From: an uncultured bacterium | Lineage (GTDB): Bacteria > Zixibacteria > MSB-5A5 > GN15 > FEB-12 | NCBI GenBank assembly: GCA_965372795.1 | Contig: CBDVDR010000001.1 | Span: 96,001-160,000, forward strand | Direction: 5' to 3' | Length of the DNA stretch: 64,000 nt | In this document: positions 28,787 through 40,080 of the stretch, piece by piece | Layout of the letters: the number at the start of each line of letters is the position of its first letter | Position numbering within the stretch: position 1 is the stretch's first letter | Translations under genes and position numbers: made by a program | The notes under the pieces: generated by a model | Databases searched by the model: none | The model's input: only the letters and a program-made list of their open reading frames with translations | Told to the model about the DNA's origin: nothing

Positions 28787-29860
28787 TTACAGTTCCAACA
28801 ATTTTTTTGTCGACTTGTTAAGAACTTTTCCACCAGTTTTTGTCACCAGCACATCATCCTCGATCCTTACTCCGCCCCAGCCAGAGATATAAATCCCGGG
28901 CTCAACCGTTATCACATTGTTAGGCTTGAGCTTATCTTCGGAAATTGCACTTAAGCGAGGTCCGACATGGACATAATATCCGATTCCGTGACCTGTTCCG
29001 TGACCAAAATTACTGCCATATCCGGCTTTTGTAATAATTGAGCGACAGGCTTCATCAACTTTTTTTCCAAGAACTCCGGCTTTTATTTTACGAACTCCGG
29101 CTTTTTGAGCTTTTAATACAAGATTGTAGATTTTTTTCTGACGCGAGGTTGCCTTGCCGACGACAACCGTGCGGGTCATATCTGAGACATAACCATGAAC
29201 GGTTGCTCCGAAGTCGAATGTGATGAAATCACCTTTTTTTATTTTTTTACCGGATGCGATACCATGAGGTAAGGCTGAGCGGTAGCCGGATGCAACTATT
29301 GTTTCGAATGCAGGCTTCTCAGATCCAAGCATAATCATTTGATATTCAAGTTCAGCAGCTAAATCTTTTTCTCTTATACCCGGTTCTATCATGTTCAAAA
29401 TTCGTTCGTAGGCGATATCAGCAATATCAGCTGCTTTTGAAATAAATTTGATTTCTTCTTTATCTTTCACCCAGCCGAGTTCAGTAAAAATTGAAGCCGC
29501 TTTGACAAGTAATGCATCTGGCATTGATCCCTGTAGACGTTTTTTAGCCCCAACCGTTAGATAGTCTTCATTGAACCCATATTTCAGATTTTTAGTATTT
29601 TTTTGAGTAAAATCTTTAAGGGCAAGCATAGGATCAGCTTTAACAATAGAAACTTTGGCACCACTGACTTCTTTAGCAGCTTGATCTTTATATCTAAAAT
29701 CTGTTAAGAATTGTGACCCTTTACCAGATATCACAAGCAACCCGGCAGAACCTGTAAAACCGGTTAAATATCTGATATGATCGAGATGGTTGACAACTAC
29801 TCCATCAAGGTTTTCTTTTTTAAGAAGTTTTTTTATTTCACCAATTCTTTTAACCGACAT
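28787..29860 (-). CDS. Xaa-Pro aminopeptidase (M24)
   Basis: YLTGFTGS, DFGA..GYVSDMTRT, HGTGHGIG, TVEPGIY, GVRIEDD. Confidence 0.93.
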   Translation of the reverse strand: MSVKRIGEIKKLLKKENLDGVVVNHLDHIRYLTGFTGSAGLLVISGKGSQFLTDFRYKDQAAKEVSGAKVSIVKADPMLALKDFTQKNTKNLKYGFNEDYLTVGAKKRLQGSMPDALLVKAASIFTELGWVKDKEEIKFISKAADIADIAYERILNMIEPGIREKDLAAELEYQMIMLGSEKPAFETIVASGYRSALPHGIASGKKIKKGDFITFDFGATVHGYVSDMTRTVVVGKATSRQKKIYNLVLKAQKAGVRKIKAGVLGKKVDEACRSIITKAGYGSNFGHGTGHGIGYYVHVGPRLSAISEDKLKPNNVITVEPGIYISGWGGVRIEDDVLVTKTGGKVLNKSTKKLLEL

Positions 29861-29863
29861 TTC

Positions 29864-30502
29864 TTAGTCCTTTATTAATTTTGCTTTAGCTTTATTCAAT
29901 TTTTCAATATAGCGGGGATTTTGATTTTTCGTATGCAAGTGCTGAAAAACTTCAATCGCCAATCTGTTATGCCCCTGGCTCAGATATAAATCACCCATCG
30001 TTTCCGTCAAAAAAGGGATATCTTTTAATTGCAGTTCAAAATTATCTGACAGGGTGGCTGTTTTGTTTTCATCTTTTCTTGTAAGTGTAATTGAATGGGT
30101 TGTCTCTTTTGTTTTATCCTTAATCATTGATTTTATACCGCAACATTTTTTATCAAGTTCCAAAATTCTCTGATAGTTCATTAAGGATGAGAACTCTTCC
30201 CCTTTGGTAAATTTAATATCTCCAAGATATTTCAGGGCAACAATATTTTCAGGGTCTCTTGAAATAATATTATAAAATTGTTCTTCGGCTGATTCCAATT
30301 GTCCGGCATGGAACAACGCCCGGGCATAAATGATTCTGGCTGAAAGAAGTTGAGGAAATTCCTCTATTTTATTCTGACATAGTTCAACGGCTTTGGAATA
30401 GAAACCATCATCAAGATGCTTGCCTGCAATTGCAACCCAATAACCTCGCGAGGCTAATGAATTGAGCGTGCTATTTTTTATTGTTTCTATTGGTTCAGTC
30501 AT
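29864..30502 (-). CDS. TPR protein
   Basis: DPENIVALKYLGD, TETMGDLYLSQG. Confidence 0.75.
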   Translation of the reverse strand: MTEPIETIKNSTLNSLASRGYWVAIAGKHLDDGFYSKAVELCQNKIEEFPQLLSARIIYARALFHAGQLESAEEQFYNIISRDPENIVALKYLGDIKFTKGEEFSSLMNYQRILELDKKCCGIKSMIKDKTKETTHSITLTRKDENKTATLSDNFELQLKDIPFLTETMGDLYLSQGHNRLAIEVFQHLHTKNQNPRYIEKLNKAKAKLIKD

Positions 30503-30567
30503 TTCATTAAATAATTAAAATAATCCTCAAAACGCAATCATCAAAAATTATTTGTTTCTCTTTTTTA

Positions 30568-31032
30568 CTAAATAAGTTTTATAATCTTAGTTGACGATTT
30601 ACCCCGAGTAAGCCTAATTCGTTTCACCCTACCGCCATTTTCTTTTACAAAATCGGCTCCGACTATTTCAGCTGTTTTATAATCAGCCCCTTTGGCTAAT
30701 ATATCGGGCTTGATCTCCTTGATAAGTTTCAAGGGTGTATCTTCACCAAACAATACCACATAGTCAACCGGTTTTATGGCTGATAGAATAATTGCCCGGT
30801 CATTCTGTTTTTGCAATGGTCGCTTTGGTCCTTTTAATCTCTTGACCGAAGCGTCACTATTTAAACCAACTATAAGAATATCACCGTATGATTTTGCCAG
30901 CGATAAATATTCAACATGACCACGGTGGATTATATCAAAGACTCCGTTGGTAAAGACGATTCGTTTTTTTTGCCTGCGAATCTTTGCTAATAGCTTTGGG
31001 AGTGAATTTCTTGGAATTTGTCGTTGAATCAT
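30568..31032 (-). CDS. rfaE2: D-glycero-beta-D-manno-heptose 1-phosphate adenylyltransferase
   Basis: FTNGVFDIIHRGH, GLNSDASV, KGADY. Confidence 0.95.
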   Translation of the reverse strand: MIQRQIPRNSLPKLLAKIRRQKKRIVFTNGVFDIIHRGHVEYLSLAKSYGDILIVGLNSDASVKRLKGPKRPLQKQNDRAIILSAIKPVDYVVLFGEDTPLKLIKEIKPDILAKGADYKTAEIVGADFVKENGGRVKRIRLTRGKSSTKIIKLI

Positions 31033-32060
31033 TTTTTCTCCTGATTATCATCAGTAGACATATTTCCAAGCGAAAAATTATACAAAAGGTCATCTTTTAA
31101 TTTCTGTGCGGTTACTGAGGCAGTGCCAACCTCGCCAACCGTTATTCCGGCTCCGGCATTGGCAACTACCGCCGATTCCACCAAACTGGCTCCGGCACAG
31201 GTTGCTGAAACAAAGGTAGCGATAACAGTATCACCGGCTCCGGTGACATCAAACACTTTCCTCGCAAAAGTAGGAATATGAGTCGGCGCGACACTATCCT
31301 GAAATAGTGACATACCATCGGAACCACGAGTAATTAAGATTGATTTTGCCTGAAGTTTTTTAAGTAACCCATTGCCCACTTCAAGCAGATCATTTTCTGT
31401 TACAATTCGTTTGCCGTAGGCAAATCCGGCTTCGTGATGATTGGGAGTTGTTAATGAAACTTTTTTGTAATTATGAAAATGGGTTTCTTTGGGATCGACG
31501 GCTACAAAGATATCCTTTTCAAGACAGGTTGAAATAACATTTTCAAGCAGAGTTTTTGTAATGACACCTTTACCATAATCAGAAATAATAACCGCTTTGA
31601 TATCGTCTACGATTGACATGAACAGACTTAGAACGCGCTTCTCAATCTTTTGATTTAATTCGTGCCGGTTTTCCCGATCAGCTCTGACAACCTGCTGTGA
31701 GTTGGCGATAATTCTTGTCTTAATTGTCGTTTGACGGCTTTCATCGTTTACCAGAAACTTGCTTGAGATATGTTTTGATTTCATCAATTGTGAAAGCTTG
31801 ATTGAAGCCTCATCAATACCAACCGTTCCCAGCAAAATAGGTTCATCACCTAAAGTGCTGATATTAGCGGCGACGTTGGCAGCCCCGCCCAACAATAGTC
31901 TGCTTTCCGATATCTCAACCACCGGCACAGGAGCTTCGGGGGAAATGCGATTCACTGAGCCAAAAAGGTACTCATCAAGCATTATATCGCCCAATATAAG
32001 TACTTTCGAATTCCCCATTTCATTGATTATTTGATCTATTCTTTCCTTTTTCAAAGGCAT
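31029..32060 (-). CDS. rfaE1: D-glycero-beta-D-manno-heptose 7-phosphate kinase
   Basis: RISPEAPVPV, GGAANVA, SDYGKG, DVTGAGDT. Confidence 0.95.
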   Translation of the reverse strand: MPLKKERIDQIINEMGNSKVLILGDIMLDEYLFGSVNRISPEAPVPVVEISESRLLLGGAANVAANISTLGDEPILLGTVGIDEASIKLSQLMKSKHISSKFLVNDESRQTTIKTRIIANSQQVVRADRENRHELNQKIEKRVLSLFMSIVDDIKAVIISDYGKGVITKTLLENVISTCLEKDIFVAVDPKETHFHNYKKVSLTTPNHHEAGFAYGKRIVTENDLLEVGNGLLKKLQAKSILITRGSDGMSLFQDSVAPTHIPTFARKVFDVTGAGDTVIATFVSATCAGASLVESAVVANAGAGITVGEVGTASVTAQKLKDDLLYNFSLGNMSTDDNQEKK

Positions 32061-32165
32061 CAGCGTATTTCCTTATCTTTAACAACAAATTGAGTTGACT
32101 TAACTCTCAAAAATATTAAAATGATAGTCTTCTTACAAGTGTGAATTTAAAATAAAGGAAATAAT

Positions 32166-32492
32166 ATGCAAGAGATGAAACATCAGCAGATCAATATTGA
32201 GCTGGGTGAAAAAGAGGGTGAAGGCATTTACTCCAATTTTGCCATGATTGTAAATTCTCCAACTGAGATTATACTTGATTTTGCCCGAATAATGCCCCGT
32301 ATGCCAAAGGCTAAGGTTCTATCCCGCATCATTATGACGCCAATGCATGCAAAAATTCTCTTGAAAACTCTGGAAGACAATATTAAAAAATTTGAAACCA
32401 AACATGGCGAAATTAAGATTCAGGGCGGACCTAATATGCCTTCAAAAGGCATCGGCTTTGAACAAGATTCAGACGAGAAGGATGTAAAATGA
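32166..32492 (+). CDS. DUF3467 family protein
   Basis: GIYSNFA...EIILDF...RIIMTP.HAK. Confidence 0.85.
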   Translation: MQEMKHQQINIELGEKEGEGIYSNFAMIVNSPTEIILDFARIMPRMPKAKVLSRIIMTPMHAKILLKTLEDNIKKFETKHGEIKIQGGPNMPSKGIGFEQDSDEKDVK

Positions 32493-34234
32493 GTTACGGA
32501 AATTTTGCCTTTGTCCTTCACAGCCATCTTCCCTACGTTCTTTCTCATGGCCGCTGGCCTCATGGAACTGATTGGCTTAGTGAAGCTGCGGCAGAAACCT
32601 ATCTGCCGATTCTTAATATTCTATCAGAATTGATTGAAGAAGGTTATCACCCGAAATTAACAATTGGACTCTCTCCGGTTCTATGCGAACAACTTGCCGA
32701 TAACAGCTTCAAAGAAGAGTTTGTATCATATATAAATCAGAAAATAAAAGCCGCCCAGCATGACAGCGAAGAGTTTATAAAATTCAAACAGGAAAACATG
32801 CTCAAAAATTCTTATTTTTGGGAAAATTTCTATAAGAAAACTCTCGAGCATTTTAATAATATCGGACAGGATATTTTATTTGAATTTAAGAAACTTCAAG
32901 ATGGCAATTTTATTGAAATTATAACTTGTTGCGCTACTCATGGATACTATCCTCTGTTGTCCCGCGATGAATCGTTGCAGGCCCAGACCAAGATGGCGGT
33001 TAAAAATTATAAAAAACATTTTGATAAAGACCCAAAAGGAATCTGGCTGCCGGAATGTGCTTACCGACCGAGATATGAATGGACTCCTCCGGTGCCGATT
33101 AATAACGAACAAATTCCACGGCTTCGTAAAGGGACCGATGAATTTTTATCAGAAAATGGTTTAGACTATTTTATAATAGATAGTGCCCTTTTGAAGGGTG
33201 GGAAATCTGTCGGTGTTTATATTGAAAGATTTGACGCTCTGAAAATGCTATGGACTGAATTCGAAAAACAATATCAGGCGCGTTCCGAAGAAATAGACAA
33301 AACTCCGCGTGAAGTATATCTGGTCTCCTCATCGCCGGAAGGAAAAAAACCGACCGCAATATTCAGTCGTGATCCGCAAACCGGGGTGTTAGTCTGGTCC
33401 GGAGAACATGGTTACCCGGGTGATGGTAATTATATTGATTTTCATAAAAAAAGATTCCCGGGTGGACATAGGTATTGGGCGGTGACATCTTCAAAAGCTG
33501 ACCTGGCTGATAAAGTTGAATACAATAGAGAAAATGCTCTTGGTCGTATCCCTGAAAATGCAGACCACTTTTCTAATAAAGTAGAGAATATTTTAAAAGA
33601 ACATTCAGAATCTGAAAATAATGACAAATCGGGCATTCTGGTGGCTCCATTTGATGCTGAGCTATTTGGCCATTGGTGGTTTGAGGGTCCGTTGTTCCTC
33701 AAGCGAGTCTTGAAGAATATATGTGAAAGTGACAATATCGGATTAACTTTTTTATCTGATCACTTATCACAGAAAAAACCGGAAAAAATCATTTCGATTC
33801 CCGAAGGCAGTTGGGGACAAGGCAATCATCATTATATCTGGTTAAACAAACATAACGACTGGACCTGGAAACATATTTACGAATCTGAAGATAAAATGTG
33901 CCGTCTGGCGAAATCCTGGAAAGAAAAACCAGAGCTTCAAACTGAAGAGCTTGAAGAGACACTAAAGCAACTCGCTCGTGAGCTAATGCTTATGTCGGCT
34001 TCTGATTGGCAGTTCTTGATTTCCACTTTTGCAGCCCGAGATTATGCTGAATTGAGACTTTCTGAACATTATGAAGACTTTAAAAAAATTGCTAAAATTG
34101 CAGATAAGCTTTTTAAAGGTCAATCGATGGAAACCGGCGACAGAGAATTCCTTAATGATTGTAAACTTCGAGACAATTTATTTTCAGAAATCGAAATTGA
34201 ATGGTTTTCAGAAGTTGAATATCCCGCAAGCTGA
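32489..34234 (+). CDS. GH57 1,4-alpha-glucan branching enzyme (DUF1957)
   Basis: LHSHLPYV, GIWLPECAY, PFDAELFGHWWFEG, SDWQFL. Confidence 0.92.
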   Translation: MSYGNFAFVLHSHLPYVLSHGRWPHGTDWLSEAAAETYLPILNILSELIEEGYHPKLTIGLSPVLCEQLADNSFKEEFVSYINQKIKAAQHDSEEFIKFKQENMLKNSYFWENFYKKTLEHFNNIGQDILFEFKKLQDGNFIEIITCCATHGYYPLLSRDESLQAQTKMAVKNYKKHFDKDPKGIWLPECAYRPRYEWTPPVPINNEQIPRLRKGTDEFLSENGLDYFIIDSALLKGGKSVGVYIERFDALKMLWTEFEKQYQARSEEIDKTPREVYLVSSSPEGKKPTAIFSRDPQTGVLVWSGEHGYPGDGNYIDFHKKRFPGGHRYWAVTSSKADLADKVEYNRENALGRIPENADHFSNKVENILKEHSESENNDKSGILVAPFDAELFGHWWFEGPLFLKRVLKNICESDNIGLTFLSDHLSQKKPEKIISIPEGSWGQGNHHYIWLNKHNDWTWKHIYESEDKMCRLAKSWKEKPELQTEELEETLKQLARELMLMSASDWQFLISTFAARDYAELRLSEHYEDFKKIAKIADKLFKGQSMETGDREFLNDCKLRDNLFSEIEIEWFSEVEYPAS

Positions 34235-34286
34235 TTTGAGCCGATTTATTGTTGAAAATTGAGTTCTTTTATAAGATATTTTTTCT

Positions 34287-34505
34287 ATGTCTGTAATAAA
34301 TCAAACTGCAAAATGCCCTTATTGTAAGGAAAAGATAGAATCCGGGGCACTTAAATGTAAACACTGCCATACAGATCTGGTTAAAAACGGTAAAAAAAAG
34401 AACCTTTTCGGTAAACTGGACAATTTCAGGTCAGGATTCATATTCGGGTTGTCTTTTACAGTAATAATAATATTGCTCATATATTTACAATTCTTTTCAA
34501 AATAA
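34287..34505 (+). CDS. Small zinc-ribbon membrane protein
   Basis: CPYC..CKHC plus C-terminal TM helix. Confidence 0.65.
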   Translation: MSVINQTAKCPYCKEKIESGALKCKHCHTDLVKNGKKKNLFGKLDNFRSGFIFGLSFTVIIILLIYLQFFSK

Positions 34506-34645
34506 GTTTTTTTCATAGGCTAAATCTGGATTCCCAGCAATTATTCGACCGGATATAATTGTTGATATATTTTTATACTGAAAATCAATTTTTGTCCGAT
34601 ATAAATATATATAATCAAAGTCTTATTGGAATACAGAGGGTTTTC

Positions 34646-35029
34646 ATGGCATCTAAATTTAAAGTGCTGGTAGTTGATGATGAGCAATTCATAAGAAAAA
34701 TTCTATCTCGAATAATTAAAAGAGAAGGATTTGATGTTGAAGAAGCTTGTGACGGTCAAAATGCTCTTGATAAAATGGAAAAGGATCAATACGATTTTGT
34801 TGTCTCTGATATTAAGATGCCCAACTTGGATGGGATGGCATTACTGAAAAACATAAAAGAAAATTACCCAATGACAAAAGTTCTGCTGGTCACTGCATAT
34901 AGCGGTATCTATACGCCTACTCAAATTTTAAATGCCGGTGCCGATGCATTTATTATTAAGCCGTTCAAAAATTCAGAAATTTCCAAAATCCTAAAAACTG
35001 TAGCTTTAAAAATTCCAGTTCAAGTTTGA
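34646..35029 (+). CDS. Single-domain response regulator
   Basis: VLVVDDE, SDIKMP, KPF; start ATG 34646. Confidence 0.9.
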   Translation: MASKFKVLVVDDEQFIRKILSRIIKREGFDVEEACDGQNALDKMEKDQYDFVVSDIKMPNLDGMALLKNIKENYPMTKVLLVTAYSGIYTPTQILNAGADAFIIKPFKNSEISKILKTVALKIPVQV

Positions 35030-35128
35030 CATATTCAGTCACTCTCTTTTATTTTTTAAAAAACTTTATCAACTTATAATTATACTCCGATAATAATTAT
35101 GTAACAATAATTATTTAACGGGGGTTAA

Positions 35129-38100
35129 ATGTCTGAGTATCAAAAGAAAGAACCATCGGAAAGTTCTTTTATTTTAAGTCCGTATTCACAAAATATCAGA
35201 AGGAAAATATTAATCCCTTTTGGCGGATTAATTGTCTTGATAATTTCGTTGATCATTTTCAGTAATTCACGTTTTCAAAAAACTTATACTGACTCAGAAA
35301 TCAAATACAAATTAAACACCGTCCATGAATTATTTGAATTTGAATTGCAAGAAGAACTTAACTTAATGACAGCTATTTCAATCGCTATTCAAGATAATGA
35401 AGAAATCAAAAATGTATGGAAGTCAAAAGACAGTAAACAACTTTATTGTTTGACTAAGGATTTGTACAGTTATTACAATTCAAAATTTAACATAACTCAT
35501 TTTTATTTCCATGATACAAATTCAGTAAATTTTCTTAGAGTTCATAAACCGGATTTTTCTGGAGGCACAATTAATCGAACAACATTGTCTCAGGCAATTT
35601 CTTCCGGTATAATTAGTTCAGGTATAGAATTAGGTCTTTTTGGGACTACTACTTTTAGAGTTGTTGTTCCATGGAAAGAAAAAGACAAAATCATCGGATA
35701 TATAGAATTTGGAAAAGAGATAGATTTAATTAGAGAAGAAATTGAACAAATCATCGATGTACAAATGGCTATTTATATAAAAAAATCACATCTATCCAAA
35801 GAGGCATTTGAAAGTGGAATGGAATTATTAGGTAGAAAATCTACCTGGGATAGGTATGATCTTGGAGTATTTATTAACAAACAGAAAGCTGACTTTTTCG
35901 ATAAATTAACACCAATTGTAGATTTGAGCCATAATAAACATAAGGACAGTTATCTTCAATTTAATTCTGATGGAAACAACTATTCTGTAGGTTTTATTCA
36001 ACTCAACAACGCAGCCGGAATTGATATTGGTGATTTAATTATTCTAACAAATGTCACGGAAAGAATTGCAACCTCGCACAAATACATTTTATACTTATGC
36101 TTGATTCTTCTTCCATTAGGAGGCTTATGCATATATTTATTTAATATCATATTACGAAAAGTTGAAGAAGATTTAGATACCTCCCAGCAAAAGTTATTAG
36201 TTTCATCACAAGCTCAATTTGATTACCAAAACATGAATTTACAAAAACTTAAGGGTGAAATAGTTGAAAGTAAAACCGCTGAACAGGCGTTAAGAGAGTC
36301 AGAACAAAAGTACCACGAGTTGTTCACATCAATTATTGAAGGTATCGCGGTATTTGACAGCAACGAAAATATTTTATTCTGTAATCCGGCTTTTGCAAAA
36401 ATCTTTGATGTTAATCCGCATTCTATGATCGGTAGTAATTTAATGGAGTTTGTTTCTGATCATAAAAGAGGATTTATTAAATCGAAAAACGCAAAATATG
36501 AATTAGAAATATTAAATTCTAAGAAAGAATTGAGATACATACATATTTCAGCAACGGCCAGATTCGATGCCAACGGAAAATTTATTGGCACTTTTGCTGC
36601 CATAGATGATATAACTCAGAAAAAACAATTTGAGAAAGTCCTTAAAGAGAGTGAAGAAAAGTTCCGGGAAATAGTTAATAATTCAAATGACGGGGTTGTC
36701 TCAATCGATTCTAATCAATCCATAAAATTATGGAATAATGGAGCCCTTCAAATTTTTGGTTATAAAGAAGAAGAAATTATCGGACAGGACATTTCTGTTT
36801 TAATTGCCGATGGATTTGTCGAAAAATATAAAAAAACCATTCGAATTATGACTAAACACGGCCTGAGTCTTTTGGATAATAAAATATTTGAAGTTTCGGG
36901 TCGACATAAAAAAGGAAATGTAATACCCCTTGAAATAACCCTGTCATCTCGGACCAATAGTGATAATTCAATCTATATAACAGGATTCGTTCGAGATATC
37001 AGCGAACGAAAATCATTTGAAAATCAGCTTAAAACCTTAGCCGAATTTCCAAAATCAAATCCAAACGTTATTATGTCATTAAACCGGAATGCTGAATTAG
37101 TTTTTATTAACCCAGCCGGATCAAGATTGCTAAAAGTATTAAAAATTCAAGAACAATCGATTCTTAAAATTTTCCCGAAAAACATAAAAAATATTATTGA
37201 TGCAACATTATTAACTTCAAATAATGTTCTCGGAATCGAATCTACCTATGCTAATCGAACCTGGCTCTGGTTTTTTCATCCGGTTAATTCATCCGGTATA
37301 GTTCATGGGTTTGCAACTGAAATCACAAAAAGTCTTAAACAGGCTGATGAACATCAAAAACTATCTGCCGCCGTATCACAATCAGACAACATAATAATAA
37401 TTACCGATCCAAACGGATTAATTGAATATGTAAATCCAAAATTCACTCAGATTACCGGATTCAGTCTTGAAGAAACTATAAGTCATGATTTTGCCAGCTT
37501 TAGCTCAAAAAAACATGACCGGACATTTTATCTGGAACTGTGGAACACTTTGAAAAAGGGTAAGACCTGGTCGGGTTCTTTCCATATTAGAAAAAAAACT
37601 GGCAGCCATTATTGGGAAAAACGGGTAATATCGCCTATCTATAACGAAGATGAAATACTTGGATACCTTTCAATTGGAGAAGATATTACCAACGAGCTAA
37701 AGATTCAACAGCAATTGAAAGAAACTGACAAGCTCTCTGCTATCGGGACCCTTGCTGCGGGGGTTGCCCATGAATTCAAAAATTATCTCACCGGGATAAT
37801 CGGAAATGCTTCATTTGCTCTTGATGAAATTACGGATGAGAATGATCCGATGAAAGAGACTCTTGAACAGATTATTAAAATTGGTGAAAATGCAAATGAA
37901 ATAGCAATGTCATTACTAACCTATTCAAAAGCGGAACTTGAAGCCTTTGCAGAAGAAGACCCTCAACAAGTAATCGCCTCTACCCTCAAATTAGTAGAAA
38001 AAGAGATGGCAAGCTTATCTATCGAGATTGTTACCTGCTTTGAGAAAGTGCCGCTTGTTACAATGTCATCAAATAGAATCCAGCAGTTAATTTTAAATCT

Positions 38101-38818
38101 CCTGATCAACGCCCAACACGCTATTCGATCTCATGGAGTTATAACGATAACAATCATCCAACAGGATAATAGTATTAAAATTAAGGTTGGAGATTCCGGC
38201 TGTGGAATTCCAAATAATCTTTTAGATAAGATTTTTGATCCCTTCTTTTCCACCAAAGGGGTATGGGGCAAAGAAGAAAAATCAGGAACCGGCATGGGTT
38301 TGTCGATTTGTAAAAATATTGCTATCGAGCATGGCGGGGACTTAACCGCTAATTCCATCAAAGGAATAGGCAGTAATTTTACTTTGACAATACCTATTCT
38401 CAGAAGTGAAACAGATTTAATCCCTACTGTCGATAGCAAATTTGCAGGCTTAAAAATAATTTTACTTACTTTGAATAAAGAGTTTATAAGTTTCTATTCA
38501 AAAGAAGCCACGGTTATAGATTGTCAATTAGTTATGCTTGATGATATTGCTAAAATTTTAAATATGGAAATAAATGCTGATCTGGTTATATGTGATGCAA
38601 AATATGTCGCCAAAATTGAGCTTCAAAAATTAATAGAAATGTGTCTTGAAAAAAATATCCCTTATATGTTAATCAATGCAAAAATAAGAGAATATCAGCT
38701 TGAAGAAATTTATAGAAATTCTTTTGCAGTTTTTAAAACATGTCCCACGCTCGCAAGACTATTGACAATGTCTTATGATGTTACTAATCATAGTAATAAT
38801 AAATTCATCAAAACTTAA
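35129..38818 (+). CDS. Cache/multi-PAS sensor histidine kinase
   Basis: Two TMs around periplasmic domain, several PAS, AHEFKN H-box, NLLINA, DSGCGI, GTGMGL; degenerate receiver-like tail. Confidence 0.93.
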   Translation: MSEYQKKEPSESSFILSPYSQNIRRKILIPFGGLIVLIISLIIFSNSRFQKTYTDSEIKYKLNTVHELFEFELQEELNLMTAISIAIQDNEEIKNVWKSKDSKQLYCLTKDLYSYYNSKFNITHFYFHDTNSVNFLRVHKPDFSGGTINRTTLSQAISSGIISSGIELGLFGTTTFRVVVPWKEKDKIIGYIEFGKEIDLIREEIEQIIDVQMAIYIKKSHLSKEAFESGMELLGRKSTWDRYDLGVFINKQKADFFDKLTPIVDLSHNKHKDSYLQFNSDGNNYSVGFIQLNNAAGIDIGDLIILTNVTERIATSHKYILYLCLILLPLGGLCIYLFNIILRKVEEDLDTSQQKLLVSSQAQFDYQNMNLQKLKGEIVESKTAEQALRESEQKYHELFTSIIEGIAVFDSNENILFCNPAFAKIFDVNPHSMIGSNLMEFVSDHKRGFIKSKNAKYELEILNSKKELRYIHISATARFDANGKFIGTFAAIDDITQKKQFEKVLKESEEKFREIVNNSNDGVVSIDSNQSIKLWNNGALQIFGYKEEEIIGQDISVLIADGFVEKYKKTIRIMTKHGLSLLDNKIFEVSGRHKKGNVIPLEITLSSRTNSDNSIYITGFVRDISERKSFENQLKTLAEFPKSNPNVIMSLNRNAELVFINPAGSRLLKVLKIQEQSILKIFPKNIKNIIDATLLTSNNVLGIESTYANRTWLWFFHPVNSSGIVHGFATEITKSLKQADEHQKLSAAVSQSDNIIIITDPNGLIEYVNPKFTQITGFSLEETISHDFASFSSKKHDRTFYLELWNTLKKGKTWSGSFHIRKKTGSHYWEKRVISPIYNEDEILGYLSIGEDITNELKIQQQLKETDKLSAIGTLAAGVAHEFKNYLTGIIGNASFALDEITDENDPMKETLEQIIKIGENANEIAMSLLTYSKAELEAFAEEDPQQVIASTLKLVEKEMASLSIEIVTCFEKVPLVTMSSNRIQQLILNLLINAQHAIRSHGVITITIIQQDNSIKIKVGDSGCGIPNNLLDKIFDPFFSTKGVWGKEEKSGTGMGLSICKNIAIEHGGDLTANSIKGIGSNFTLTIPILRSETDLIPTVDSKFAGLKIILLTLNKEFISFYSKEATVIDCQLVMLDDIAKILNMEINADLVICDAKYVAKIELQKLIEMCLEKNIPYMLINAKIREYQLEEIYRNSFAVFKTCPTLARLLTMSYDVTNHSNNKFIKT

Positions 38819-40080
38819 CCAAGCTTTTTAACTTTCACATACAATATTCTTTGTCCTTTGACGCTTTCGATCTCAAATTCATAAGCATTCCATTTAATCT
38901 TCAATTTTTCTTCAGGAACGGAACCAACCAGATCATAAATCAAGCCGCCGACAGTTTCTGATTCTTCTTGCTCAAAATCTGTATCAAAGAATTCCTGAAG
39001 TTCCTCTACCTGTATCCCGGCATCAACTTTAAATCTTCCATCGGCAAGTTTGCTAAAGTCTGCCTCTTCCCAGTCATGTTCATCCTGGATATCACCAACG
39101 ATTTCCTCAATAATATCTTCCAAAGTAACCAAGCCGGCGACTCCCCCATATTCATCCATAACAATTGCAATATGTAACCGTTTGGCTCTAAATTCTTTTA
39201 ACAGTTTGTTGATAATTTTTGATTCCGGAACAAAAAATGGTTTTCTGATATATTGTTCTATCTGAAACTCTTCACCGGGTTCCGGTAATTTATTAAAGAT
39301 GTCCTTGACGTAGACCAGCCCAATAATTTTATCAATAGATTCATTGTAAACCGGGTAACGTGAATGACCATCCTTTAATACAATTTCCCTAATATCTTTA
39401 AACGTCATACTTTTTTCAAAACCGGTTATATCAATCCGGGGGATCATTATCTCTTTAACAATTGTCTGATCGAGTTGGAAAATTTGCCCGATCATCTCTT
39501 TCTCTTCGTCTTCAACCAACTTCTCACCGATACCAGCCTCATCAGCAAGAGTTTCGATGGCACGTTCTACAATCTCATCTTTTTCTTCCTCGCTAACTTT
39601 GATACTGCTGCCGGATCTTTTAAGAGCATTTCGATATATGATAATTACCGGCATGAAGATTCGATATATAATTAAAATCAGCCATAACCGTTTAAGCATA
39701 TTAAAAGAAATTGCTTCACGCGAGGTTATTCGCGGGAGATATTCAATAGAAAATATATATAACAACCAACTGAAAAGTAATCCTATTGGAGTTAAGACAC
39801 CACTACTAATTGGAACAAAAACTGAAAGCCAATGAAATATCTCAATTACTGCAAATGAAATAAATATTAGAACAAATGATTTATAAACGATTGCTATTTG
39901 AACAAAGGCTCTTGGGTCGGAGGCAAGTTTCGTTAAGAACTCTTTTCTGTTTTTTGAAATTTTTGGATAGAGATTTTCTATTTCATCAGGATCAATATAA
40001 ACAGCCAATGAATACAATGAGATCACATATGCCGTATAGTATCCACATAGAATTAAAATAAAATAAAATAGTTCTAACAT
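38815..40080 (-). CDS. Hemolysin/CNNM-family CBS-CorC protein
   Basis: EIMIPR, HSRYPVY, DEYGGVAGLVTLEDIIEEIVG. Confidence 0.92.
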   Translation of the reverse strand: MLELFYFILILCGYYTAYVISLYSLAVYIDPDEIENLYPKISKNRKEFLTKLASDPRAFVQIAIVYKSFVLIFISFAVIEIFHWLSVFVPISSGVLTPIGLLFSWLLYIFSIEYLPRITSREAISFNMLKRLWLILIIYRIFMPVIIIYRNALKRSGSSIKVSEEEKDEIVERAIETLADEAGIGEKLVEDEEKEMIGQIFQLDQTIVKEIMIPRIDITGFEKSMTFKDIREIVLKDGHSRYPVYNESIDKIIGLVYVKDIFNKLPEPGEEFQIEQYIRKPFFVPESKIINKLLKEFRAKRLHIAIVMDEYGGVAGLVTLEDIIEEIVGDIQDEHDWEEADFSKLADGRFKVDAGIQVEELQEFFDTDFEQEESETVGGLIYDLVGSVPEEKLKIKWNAYEFEIESVKGQRILYVKVKKLG